From: Camelus dromedarius
Taxonomy: Eukaryota
Length of the DNA stretch: 64,000 bases
NCBI RefSeq assembly: GCF_036321535.1
Contig: NC_087437.1
Location: 28,398,001-28,462,000, forward strand
Reading direction: 5' to 3'
Part shown: positions 25,501 through 37,805 of the stretch, one piece after another
Layout: the number at the start of each line of letters is the position of its first letter
Position numbering within the stretch: position 1 is the stretch's first letter
Made by a program: the position numbers and the translations under genes
Notes under the pieces: generated by a model
Seen by the model: only the letters and a program-made list of their open reading frames with translations
The model's database searches: none
What the model was told of the DNA's origin: nothing

Positions 25501-27889
25501 ATGTAAAAGAATAAACAGGATTTAACAAATACTCGTTTTGGGTACCGATAGGAGATTGAGGCCATAAACGGATAGGAGATTGAGGCCATTATTTGGAATA
25601 ATCCAGAGGAGTAACACTTTCTGCAGCATTTGAGGAGACTCTAGAAGAATGGCTAGAAAGTAAGAGGATAGAGAGAACGGGCCTCAAGGGAGGCAGTTAA
25701 TAGGGTAGAAGAAAGGAGGCATCGGGTGGGAAAGGGAGATCGGAGCTCCACTTTGGAGAGCACTGAGGAACAGGTAGGAAGTTTGATACACAATGGGAAC
25801 ATAAGGAGACATTCATTAGGCAAGTAACCATACAGGAGTTGTGTTTTAGTGACTTTTTTTAGGGGAAGAATAGGACATTTGTAGGATGAAGTAGAGCTGA
25901 TGGGGTAGAGAAGAGAGACCAGATGAGGGCAATGACTGGGGAATGAAAAGGACACGTGTGCTGGGGAAAAAGTGACAGGCTTGGGGTCCACAGGATGTAG
26001 CAACTCATTAGATGTGGATGTTAAAGGTGATGGGCGGTTTAAAAATGATTTTAAAAATACGGTAAGAATTTTTAAAACTTTTCATCCGAAATTCCTTATT
26101 TAAAACTTAAATTGTTAATGTTGTCCCTGTCCATCATATTGCTACTTGTAAGCTCTTTTAGTTTGAAAAACTAGATTTTAAAATATCACTCAGAGAAAAA
26201 CACCTAAGATTACATTTTATCAGGGACTATGACTTCGTTAAGTAGATGACACGTGTTAAATTCTTTTTTTTATATATATATGTATATATTTTCTTGGATG
26301 TTAAATTCTTAAAACAGTTCATTTCTGTGTCAGTCTTTTTAAAGCACAGGATCCGATGAACTATAGAATGCCATTAATTTTTTATCCCAAGCTGGTAATT
26401 CTGAAGTAAGCGTAATTTCATCTTTAGGGCTATGTTGTTATTTGCTAGGAAGTGTCTCATTGTCGCTAGGCAGCTCTGGTCCCGTTAAAGTTCATGCAGA
26501 ACGCCCGTGTAAAGTATCCTCTGTGATAAACCAGGTGGCAGATAGATACATGATAAAACAAGTTTGCAATGTGCTCAATGTGGCTGACATTTATACGGCT
26601 CAGACCTTGCTATTTTAGGGAAGGTATCAGTGTAACCATGATATTCTTTTTCCTGGAAATAAAAATCCTTAATAATCAGACAGTCTTATAAACAGAATGT
26701 ATAAATAAGTAGTTGCATTGAGTTAACATTTACCTGGAGTTGTAAGGATAGTTATATTTCAAATAGAAAGCTTTACAGGAGTACTCATAGGCCTTTCTTC
26801 CTAAGGGTCTTAGATGCTTTTTAAAGTAAATGGCTTCTGATAATTTAAGCAGAGGATGTCCGAGCAGTGACTGTATTTAATGTACATAAGATCTCACAAA
26901 ATCAACAGTTTTCAAGAAAAAGATTCTATTTGTAACTACTTACCAATTTATTCATTTAGATGGTCAATATCCACAGAAAATAATTTTAAACTTGTACTGT
27001 TTATGTCTTTAAATATAGAAAGTTTATATACAGCTAGAGAAAATAATGTTAACAATGCTTTATTTCTCCTTTTGTTTATATGCCTGTTAGTATTATGTGA
27101 AAACCGCATTTAGAATATGCCTTTTTCTGTTATTAGACTTTTTTTTTTTTTTTTTTGGCCTTATCTGGTTTTGGCCTTGTGCTATAAAGATATGATAAAA
27201 ATCTGTTCTGTTGAATCATAAAAAATACTTAGAAAATGTTCATTTTAAAGTAAGTAAGATTAAATAATATTAAAATTGGAAATTCTTCTTTGCCTTCCTA
27301 TTCACTGGGCCAATTTTAACTGGACAAGTTTACTCCAGATTACTTTGAGCCATTATTTGAATTTCATTGCTCGCACACTCCAGAGAAAGCTGCATGGTGA
27401 ACTTAGTGGCAGTCAGATAAGGCAAGTGATCTTAAATACCCCATCCAGAAGACTTTAAGAGATTTGATGAGCATTGCAGAAGTGAACAACAGGGGATACA
27501 AGGGCATCTTTAGCCCAGGTGTAGAGACTCTCTGAGGTATTGCATGACTTTTCCAAAAAATAATTTGAAATGTCCAGAACAATAATTGAGACTATTGAGA
27601 AAATATATACTTCAAATGGGATTCTGCATAATGCTTTCTGGGGAAACCACATTTACTGAAAATTGAATGTGGGAAATGACTCTCTTAGAAAAATATAGCT
27701 TGAAGACTGGATTTTAAAAGTAGATACCGTTTTGGGAGCAGTTAATATAGGAAGAAATTATTGTTACTTAGTAATGGATTAAAGCTTACTAAGTGCTGAG
27801 GTCTTTTCACTTAAAAAGTTATTTTCCTCTGTTAATAATAAGACGACAAAGGAAAATGAATTTATCCTTTGTGTTGTGCAAAATAATCA

Positions 27890-28410
27890 ATTAACAAATA
27901 TATCTTGAGCACCTATTAGAGTTGAGGGGTTGTAGTAGGTCAGGAGAGGAGGTTTCAAAGGAGAATTACATAGTTTCTATTCTTCTGTGACATGTAATTG
28001 AGTTGGGGAGAAGGACATGAAAAGTTTACTGTACAACTGAATATTAGCGCCATACAATTGAGTACCATAGGAGGAAATTCATTGAAGGAGGGAAATTCAA
28101 AGAAGGAAGTCTTTGTGGAATGCATGCATGCTGTGTGGAGGAGGTGGTGCCTGACAGGCTGGAGATTGGGCGCTCTTTTCAGAAAAGGAGGGAAACAGTA
28201 TGAACAGGGTGATACTAGCTACCATATTTGAGCATCTTCTCTATGTGAGACATTGCTGGCTTATCTTCATTTCAGGAAAAAAAAAAAAAAAAAAAAAGGA
28301 AAGAAAAGCCCTAGTCATAGTGCTGCACCATTAGGGAATAGGCTTGTGTGGCAAGAACCGCCGTCCTTTTGATCGAGATGAGGAAACTGAGACTCAGAGA
28401 GGGTAACCTA
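27890..28410 (-). mobile_element. Adjacent L2 (27890-28190) and MIR (28200-28410) relics
   Basis: AACAAATATATCTTGAGCACCTA (L2 end, reverse) and GATGAGGAAACTGAGACTCAGAGAGGGTAA (MIR core). Confidence 0.65.
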
Positions 28411-30039
28411 ACCTAAATTTGATTTAAAAGGCTAGCAAATACATTTTCATCCTTTGACTTTGACATTGGATTACAGATGGCTTTCAGTTTGACAAATGCT
28501 TATAATCTTTGTTTCTTAGGTTTATAAAAAACTAAGCAAAATAAAACACACCAGCCTTCCTGTCTTCAGCAGGTATGGTAAGGGCGTGCAGTAGTGTGAC
28601 TTGTTATAACATGGCATTTGGCCATTTGGGATCCTCTCAGAGGAAGGGTTTTGAAGATAATGTACTTTCACACCAATAATGTGATGCTATAAAAATTTCC
28701 CCAAGAAGTGATAGGGTGGCTCCAGAACACATGCTAAATTTGTTTATCATCGTGTGGTCATTGTATGCACTCACGTTGGCGTCGTTTTCACATGCCAGTC
28801 TGTGCTCCCTGTCTTGCTTGTGAGGTAGCATCGCTTGTGACTTTAAAAAGGTAAACTATTCATTGAAGACTTGTTCCCTTGGAGACTCGTCTCTTGCTAA
28901 GAAATTCCTCTCTTCAAAGAGCTATTTCAAACATATACCAAATAAAATTGTATATTGTTTAGAGAAGGAACGTGGAAGAATCGTATGCCGTTGCTTTTGC
29001 CCTCCAAGGAAGGCACTCTTATTTGGCAGCACTGAGTTACTTATTGAGTGTAGTTGTCCCAGTGCCACCTATCATGCTTTATCCACTTATCAGAGGATAG
29101 AGAGGGGAGTAAAATATGCCCTGTTCTCGAGTAGTTTCCAGTGTAGTGATGGAAAGAGTCACAAGTAATGTACGAGCAAAACAAAGTGGGCATGGAGGAG
29201 CCAAGAATAGGCTGCTTGTGGGCAGAGTGTGGAATTTGCCTAAAACCATCCAGTAGACACATTAACTCTTTATATACTTTGTGTATTGGAGAAAAGACAA
29301 AATCAAATCATAATTTGTTCAAATTACATCATTCAATAATAAAGATATTTATCTGTCTGTCTAAGTATTTGATAAATAAGCATGACCCAAATGTAGAGTC
29401 ATCCTAGACTAGATAGAAGAGATGGCTTTATTTCAGATGTTGGCACTTTCGGAGAGCGGTGGGGACGTGTAATTCATCTGAAGCTCCTTCGTACTAACTC
29501 CCTGGTTAGGAGATTAAAGCACTCAGTATTGACAGTCAGATTTCAGAGCCTGCAACTTTTGTGTTAACAGAAAACAAAAATCCATAAGAGAGAGGTGCAC
29601 TGTATTTAACTTTAGGGACAAAGAGTTTTAGATATGCACACGAGGCTCTTTTTCCTCCAGCTTTTCTTTGTGTATAGGAAATAAAGCTGTATTTTGTAGG
29701 CCAGCTACCAAACTTTCAAATGGTGAGAGTACGACAGTGCATTTTCTGTAAGACCCCATTCAGCAGTGAAGGGCTTGTTCCCAGGATTGATTCTGCATTC
29801 TAGGTTGGGAAACTCAGAATTTTTATTTTATTGCTTGCCATTCTTCATTTATAATCATAAACATTTATTTAAAGCCCACGGCATAGAAAGCTTCACTATA
29901 AGATTTTGGCTGAAATTTTCAAGAGAATTGAAGGATATAGGTTCTGCCTTTTGTTTTTGTTTTTTTTTTAAGTTTATGGCACAAAGGAAAAGGTCCTTTC
30001 ATTGTGAAATAATGAAAACAAAACAGGAACCACAAAAGA

Positions 30040-30280
30040 CCAGATCATCAGCAATCATAATTCTAAAAGTAGCTTCGTACTCGGTAGGCACTCACCCTCT
30101 TGCTCGTGTGACCGTGCGCGGTTCTCACACAGCGCTGTGAGGTCGATGCATTGCTGGCCCTGTCTCTAGTCCACAGGTGAGGAAATGGGGGCTCAGCAAG
30201 GTGAAGGTCAGGGAATTTGCTCATGGGTCATGCAGCAAGGTACCGTGAGTGCTGAGCTCTCAGCCCAGCAGTTTTGCTGT
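30040..30280 (-). mobile_element. MIR relic
   Basis: CACAGGTGAGGAAATGGGGGCTCAGCAAGGTGAAG core. Confidence 0.7.
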
Positions 30281-32689
30281 TTGTCTGCCTGTCTGTTTCG
30301 TCAGGATGACATGACTTAGGCCCACAAACACTTCATAGCAATGCAGATTTGAGGCCTAGTCCCAGTTAGTTCTGCGGAGGTATAATGAAGGAGGTGGGAT
30401 GTGAAAGGTGGGTTTTGAAGCATTGTGGTCGTAAAAACAGCAGACGAAGGAGCGGACTTCGAAGTTTCACTGGATTGGAAAGCAGGGCTGTATCGAGTGG
30501 CCTAATCTGCCTGTGTGGTTTGCTGGGTATTAGTTCTGCTCACACCTAGTACCCTCTGCCCCGGCACTCGCCAAGATCAGCAAAATCTACTTTTAGACTC
30601 AAAATCATTACCACCTGTGAAGTTTCTGGTGTCACTTCTGAATGACATAGCATTCTGCCAATTGCTCTGTTGGATGGCTATAAGTGGTACATTTTAAGAA
30701 GTGTCTTGAGCCCATAAAAAGTGTTACAAATGCTCTTATAATTTATTCAGCTACATTATTGAAGGCATTAGGGTAATTCAGTTCATTTCTCTCATCATTA
30801 AAAAACAGAAATCTGTTGCCAACATTAAAGTAATCAAACATGTCATTGAGAACTGACATTCACTTGGAGATTTCTGGTGAACGTTTCTCTTTCCCCCAAT
30901 CCTTATCAGAGTAATTAGAGCTTGTCTGGGTGTGTGTCTTGTGTGCAAGTATGTATGTTATATCCATGTATACATGTATATTCCATAGAATATTATGAGG
31001 TAGTCTGTAAGTTGTAGCTAAAAATGCAACAGAATAAATATATGAAGCTAAGTGATGCATTCACCAATAAAGTTAGTTTATAAGTTTGCTCTGAAATACT
31101 ATATTTAATACCATTTTATGGTTCTTTGCACTGTAGGACATGTGAAAATAGAGTATGCCAGAGACAAAACAAAAGGTATTCTAATATACATGTGTGAATC
31201 TAAATATATTATTACTCTCGAATAGTTATTAAGGCTTGAGATCAAATAGTTGATAGAGTCTGTTATTAAGAATCTTAACTGTGTCCCAGTGAATTGATTT
31301 CTGTTGCTTCTTTTCTTCTACTGGTGTTAAACTTTGTCCTATTCACTCAGTAACACTTTTCTATTTGTACATGACCTGACATTAATGGATTTGAAAAATA
31401 TTTTCCCTTCATGTACCAAGAATTCTCAGGCATATTTTTAAAGATAAATATTCCATGCTAACGTACTAATTTGTTGGCAAGAAAATTAAGCACTTATATT
31501 TCAGTTCAATAGTTCTATGATAAATGAAGTGTAATTAAACATGCAGATTCTGCAACATTCGGTTAAATATTAATTTGGGTTCTTTTATATTCTAGGCACT
31601 GTGCTAGACATTGAATATATAATGGTTAACATAAACAGATGCAATTATAAAATTTAGACATCTCTCAAACTTCAAATTGGCCATTGCAGAAATAATGACA
31701 CATTATTATAGTTCTTGTTGCCACAGAATTTAAATAATCTTTTCAGTAATTAAAAATTATTATTTATAGATTTCAGTAAATATTTATTTTAAAGCCTCTG
31801 TCAATGTTAGGTTTACTGTGTATAAGTGAAGTAATTTATTTTCGGGTAAAGAAAAATGCCATTTTATGCTTAGAATTACGTATTTGCTTTACAAGTAAGC
31901 AAGAGAAGTAGCATTACAAAGTAATGCTGAAAGAGAAAACTCAATTTTGAGTGGCAGCACAGTATTGTAGAGTTTAGAAGGTCAGGCTAGTACAGGAGGC
32001 TCCAGGTTGGCCACTCAGTATCATTCAGAATGCTGTGACAGCCAGGCTGATACTGCTGAAAATATCTGCAGCCTTGGAAGCCTTGTACGTTTCAGAAGGT
32101 CATTTTGACATCGTAGTAAAGCACTGAATCACAGGGAAGGTCAAACTGGACAGCCAGGCAAGAAGATAGGTTGCTGAACCCAACAGTTGTAGATTTTAAA
32201 GTAATTGTCAGCTACACTAACTGGGTATCTTAATTCGATGTGGCCGTCTTTCATTGAAATATTTATAGAGGAACAAGCTTTACTTGACAGATGAATTCTA
32301 ATTTCTCTTTCTCTTCTGATGCTCTAAGTGTTTCATCTACGACCTGACTTGATACCAGGACAAATGTTACTATAATTTTATTTATGTATGATCTATGCTC
32401 CATCCAAAAAGGATGTTAATTGGCTTACAACAGCAAGGTGCATCTCAGATAGGACAGCGAAAAAGAGACATAACAAATCAATTAGAAGGAAAAGAGATGA
32501 AACCAGTGCTTAAGATGGAATTGAGAACTAAATTTATCTCTCAGCTTTCTGGAAATCAAAGCAAAAGCTTTAGGAAGTAGAAAAATCCCAAGTTTATTTA
32601 ATAAGATCTCTTTATATCCCATGTACAGTCTTATTCTTAGCGGTTAGAGTGCTTAGTTAATATCATGACTCTGCCTTTCAGTGAAATCT

Positions 32690-33150
32690 TGGATGAATTC
32701 CAATTAATTAAGAAGTGAAGGCTCAATGCCTCAGCCTGGCCTTCAAGGCCCTTACTGATTTGGTTCCAGCCCCAGGTTCCAACTCCATGGCACATGGGTG
32801 CTCCATACAGACCAGTTCCCCCAGTTCTCATGTGTGCTTTCCCACACTCCCGCCTTTGCCCTCTGATCCTGCAGTCTGCAGTACCAGTCCTTTTTGTCTC
32901 CAACCAAGTGACGCCCATCCTTCCAGGCCCATTTTAGATGTCGTATCCATCAAGAAACCACCTCTAACCTCTCTCTGTTTTAGCTTACCAAGCTTTCTTG
33001 TGATCTCTGCTACGTATCTCCTGCTTTCTTACGTACAATTATTTGTGTATTAGTTTTACGTCCTGGATTAAGCAGTAAATTCTTCAAAGCTGGATGCATG
33101 TATTTCCCCTATGTCTAGGCTACTTATAGGGGATCACCAATAAACTGTTA
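32690..33150 (+). mobile_element. L2 relic
   Basis: CCTCAGCCTGGCCTTCAAGGCCCTT...CTTCCAGGCCCATTTTAGATG L2 body motifs. Confidence 0.65.
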
Positions 33151-34249
33151 ATATAATTAATGCATATATACTGTTCTATCTATGTATCATTTATCTTTAA
33201 TCAATGTGTTTATTCATTTAATAAGGCTGTCATTTATGTTGGATGTATCTGGATTTCTTTAAAGAAAACTTTTTTTCTAGGACAGTAAAGAAGAAAGAGA
33301 GAGAACTGAAAAATAAGTAAAGAGGGAAATTTTTGTCAAAGGAGATATTTTGGGGCAGTGGAACTGAGATTGTAATTTTGTATTGTTTTGACTTTGGGCT
33401 CTTTTATTAGAAAGCAATTTAATATTTACAAATTTCTTTTGTGCTGTAAAGTAACTGAGATACTAGAGAACAGGTTTGTTACATGTAAAAGAAAACTATC
33501 ATCTATACCATTTCAAACCCTCAGTGTTTTCTCTCTCGTATACGTTTCTGTGGTTCTTAACACCTGTCAAAAAAATCTATCTGACTCTATGTGGCTTAGA
33601 AGTGTTTAAGACAGTTATTCCACCTCCTTCACTGCTTTTCAAACACTATTTTAGTGGCTGTTACAGATCAGTCTTACTGTATGCATACTTGCTTAGCATC
33701 TACTCAGTTGTATGCTTTTAGAGTAGCGTTCCTTTTTACTGTTGTGGAAGGTTTCTGCTGATAGATTTTAAGCTCCTTGAAAGCTCTAAAGAAACTGTAG
33801 GCCCTTCTTGCTCAGAAAGCAGACAAAAATAAAGTCATGCTCCAAGATATCTTCCGCAACACAATCTTTAGATCTGTTACTGAGTGTTTGTAACCCTGTA
33901 GTATATTAATTACTAGATTAAAACTGATTAAAAATCTTAATTAAGAAGAAACTGATAGATGTAGTATCTAATTCTTGTATCTCTTAAGTATACATTATTA
34001 ATATCCAGTGCATACCCCATGGACATCCAGGAGCATCCATCTCTCAACTCTGTAAAGGGACCATCTTACTTCCTTCAGAATCTCTACACAAGGCTTTCTC
34101 CATCACTGACATCTCAGAGCCAACCACAGGGGGTACGGTCGTGGCTGCTGCACCATATCCCACTCTACCCACAACCTCTCTGTTTTTTGGCTTCTATTGT
34201 ATTTATAGTCATTATCATTTCTACAGGGTTTGGTGTTAAATTGCTAGTA

Positions 34250-34460
34250 TGTGCTGTGAATGAAACTTTAAATTTGGAATCAAAAGACCTGATTTTGGGT
34301 TCTGATTCTGTCATTTAAGTAGCTTAGGAGGCTTTGGTGAGTCAGTCACTTAAGCATGCAAACCTCAATTTATTTGCTCACAAATGGGCAAGATAATATA
34401 ACCATCTCTTAGACTTGTGAGGAACAAATGGCAAAATTCAGATGAAAGTAAATTGTATGC
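34250..34460 (+). mobile_element. MIR relic
   Basis: TTGGAATCAAAAGACCTG...GTCACTTAAGC...AACCTCAATTT...AAATGGG...TTGTGAGGA. Confidence 0.7.
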
Positions 34461-34875
34461 CAATATATAAATTATCATTTGCTCTTGTTGAATAATAATA
34501 GAATGTATGAGTTCTGGGGGAAAAGTAAATTTTTCTGTGTGGCTTCTCCAGTAGAAACTTTTTATTAAGGATCCAGATGAACACCTTGCAGATTTTATGT
34601 ATAAATCAAAAAGAAATATAGCATGAGGCAACTTCTCAAGAAGTTAATCTCTTCAAGGGATTATTAATCTCTTATTAATGAAGGAGCATAGTTTGTAGTT
34701 TTATCCAAAATAAAGTGGTTTACTAGAAGATTAAAGCATTATTTAAGTCTTTTTTCCCCCATTAACCTCAATACACAGGTTTTACTTGAATTTAAATAAA
34801 GTGCTAGGTTTTAGTTATATGTAAAGAAAATAATTTGACTAATCTTCATGCAAAGTTTTTCCTTATCCTTTGGAT

Positions 34876-34892
34876 ACACACACACACACACA
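34876..34892. repeat. (CA)8 microsatellite
   Basis: Directly visible. Confidence 0.9.
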
Positions 34893-35118
34893 TGCATGCA
34901 CACAAACATACATAGCTATCTACACACCCATACGTATATTAATTCTTATTTCATATTTTATCTATACTATTAAGAATTTATTTTATCATATTTGTAGTGA
35001 TTGAATAGTTACATAATTATTTTTTCATCTTTTTGCAAAATAATTTTACTATATATATTATTATTATAAATTAGAAGTAAGGAGCCTAAATATCACTGTC
35101 TCTCAAGTATTTATTTTC

Positions 35119-35134
35119 TGTGTGTGTGTGTGTG
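35119..35134. repeat. (TG)8 microsatellite
   Basis: Directly visible. Confidence 0.9.
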
Positions 35135-37249
35135 AATGTGTATGTTCGTGCATTTATATATGTGTATTTGACATTTAAATGATAGGAAGATATGGGAAGT
35201 TTTAAGATTGCTACATGATTGTTCTTTGAATTTATTCAGCGTATTCCTTCAGATATACTGGGGGGAATTTTTTTACAGACTAAGTAGCTTTTGCATGCAG
35301 ACTTGGAGTGAACTGTTGCCTCGACAGGAACTGTTGAACAGGAACAGGAACACTGTTGAACAAGTCTGAGGCATGACGGTAGGATGATACGATGAATAGT
35401 ATCTTAGAGTGACGTGGAGGGGCATGCCTGGTTTCTGATTTAATATAATATTTGAAAAGTGAATAAAACAGAATTTTGCATAACATTTTGCAGGTATGTC
35501 AGTTTTCTAAAGTAGTTAATAGAATATAATCAAGAAGCATGTCTCCAAATCTCAAACAAGTAATCTTTTCAGGGCAGATATTTGGGGAGATTATTGGGTA
35601 GAAATTCAGTAAGCAGTCTCTGGTGGCAGTAGTGTTTTAGCTTTAGTAGATTGATTGCCAAAATTTAATGAGCTTAAGGACAGCCTAGGAAATTTACTCA
35701 AAATGTAAAACACTGGTCTTTATCCTTAGTAGGTCTAGGGTAGGTGGGTAGGTCTCAGGAAAATGTATTTTTAACAGTCACTCATAGGTGACGGATTCAG
35801 GTAGTCCAAGAATCTTTCTGGATCTTCAACGTCCCAGGACAAAAAGTGTTGCTGTTAAAAATCTGCTGACAGTCATTGGCATTTATTAGCCAGCTACTGA
35901 CGCATTGTGATTTGCAAGCTGGTCATTGCTTTTTAAGTGTCTATGATGCTGATGAAAACACATAGAACTTTAATCACTGTCTCATTAGAAGGGTGTAGTC
36001 GGCTCTTCAGATTTCCTCATGTGTTACAGCTTTTCTGGAATGCGCAGAACCTTATGGGCGATTAAAATAATTGAGAAAGGGGTGCTCTTTTTCTATTTAG
36101 CAAAGGAACCAAACCTCAAGCTGCCATGTTAGTTTGTTCATAGCATGTTCAGTATGTATACTCGTTTCTGTAAAGTTCAAAATCCTCAGAATAGAATCCT
36201 GTTCTTATTTATGCTCTGACAGCCTGGTGAAATTGCATTGTGCAAAAGAGAGTAAAGGCACTGGAAATGCCAACATTTTGCCAACCAGCCATCTTAAGTC
36301 TTTGAGCAAATAGTTTCAGGTTCTTCTTTATTCTGTGAACTGTTATTTAATACCTGAGAGAGAGTCTGAGGAGGGCAAAGTGAGGGGAGACTGTTTCATT
36401 TCCTAACAGGACATATGTCCAGTGGCAAAATTATATAAGTGTATACCTATCTTGGTTCTCTCGACTGGAAGTGCATGCCACTGGAGGGGAACGCTCCACT
36501 CTGGGTCAGAAATGACTGCAGGAGGAGCCCAGCCTCAGGAGAAATTACCACACAGGGAAATGTGTTTGGGCCTCTGTGAGTTCACTGGAGTTCTATTGTG
36601 CCTTAGCTAGTTTGATAACGCCTTGCATTATTTATAGCACTTGTCAGAAACCATTTCCTTGAGTCAATTAGTGTCTAAAAAAGGAGGGGGGAAGCAGGAT
36701 ATTTTCTGACATTTGTAGAAATAATGTGTAAAAAAAGCATTCGCTTTATCAGATGACATTGTGCTGTCAGAGATTTTCCAAATATAATGTGCCCTGCAGA
36801 CTCTGTTAACTACACATTTTGTTTTTACTAATAAGGAAAGAATAGTAAGCTACATATTATCCATTTTGATACTCCGTCAACCCAAACATTTATTCAAACT
36901 TCCAGCCCCTGTTCTTTGGCAGACAATTAAAAAATATAAATATTGCAATTGTTTTAGCAATGAAATGGTTAATTTTGCAATAACAGGGTTGAACAACTGA
37001 TTTTACAAATGTTTCCATTGATTAACTGCCATGTAAGTGCTAACAGTTGAAAATATTTTGCAAAATATAAAGGCAAGTCTTTAAGTTCTGTTTATATAGG
37101 AAAAAATACACATACCTTTCGCCTGCTCCTACAATAGAAATTTATAATCTAGACTTAAGCATAGTAATTTTTTTTAGGTCTAGCATAGATTTAACAAATG
37201 TAGAAAAGCATGTTATTAATTATTGGTAGCTGTACGTATTGGTAAACAT

Positions 37250-37805
37250 TTTCCTGGAAGAAGTTTGCTGTTCTAGTTCAAAGTTATTGTATGCATATAC
37301 TTTATGTTCTAAGTATCTGTATTATTCATACCACTCAAATGTAAGCATAGTTTGGTACATATATTTGCAGCATTGTTTAAAAGAATGAAAAGTTGACCTT
37401 AATGTAGGTAACCACTAGTAAAGAAATGGACATATAATAGAGTAATATGTAGCTGTCAAAAAGTATTTATGTCGATATATTTCAATTGATAAAGGTCATT
37501 AACATATACTGTAGAAAACAAGCCTCAGGATAATGTGCTGCATATGTATGTTTCCATCACTTCTGTAAAAACGATAAACTGTGTATGTCTGTGTATGTGT
37601 AGATGTGTGTAAGAGTATGAGAATGCATAGAAAAAGGACTAGACATACCATTCTAATAATCGTGGTTACCCTTGGGGGTAGAGGGGGTCTGATGTGGCAG
37701 TAGAGGGATGGGGAATTCTCAGTAAAACCCTTCTGTATGGTTTAAATTTATTTCAGTGACAATGCATTCATTTAGCAATGTTTAAAACCAAAAAAAAAAA
37801 AAAAA
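37250..37805 (+). mobile_element. Ancient L1 (L1ME-like) 3' end with A-rich tail
   Basis: GCAGCATTGTTT...GCATAGAAAAAGGACTAGA...GTGGTTACCCTTGGGG motifs followed by an A run. Confidence 0.65.

Noticed and set aside
28277..28297. A21 run as a transcript end or retrocopy tail
   Set aside because: Lies inside a MIR relic with no evident TSD or upstream body; more likely an oligo-dT mispriming site.
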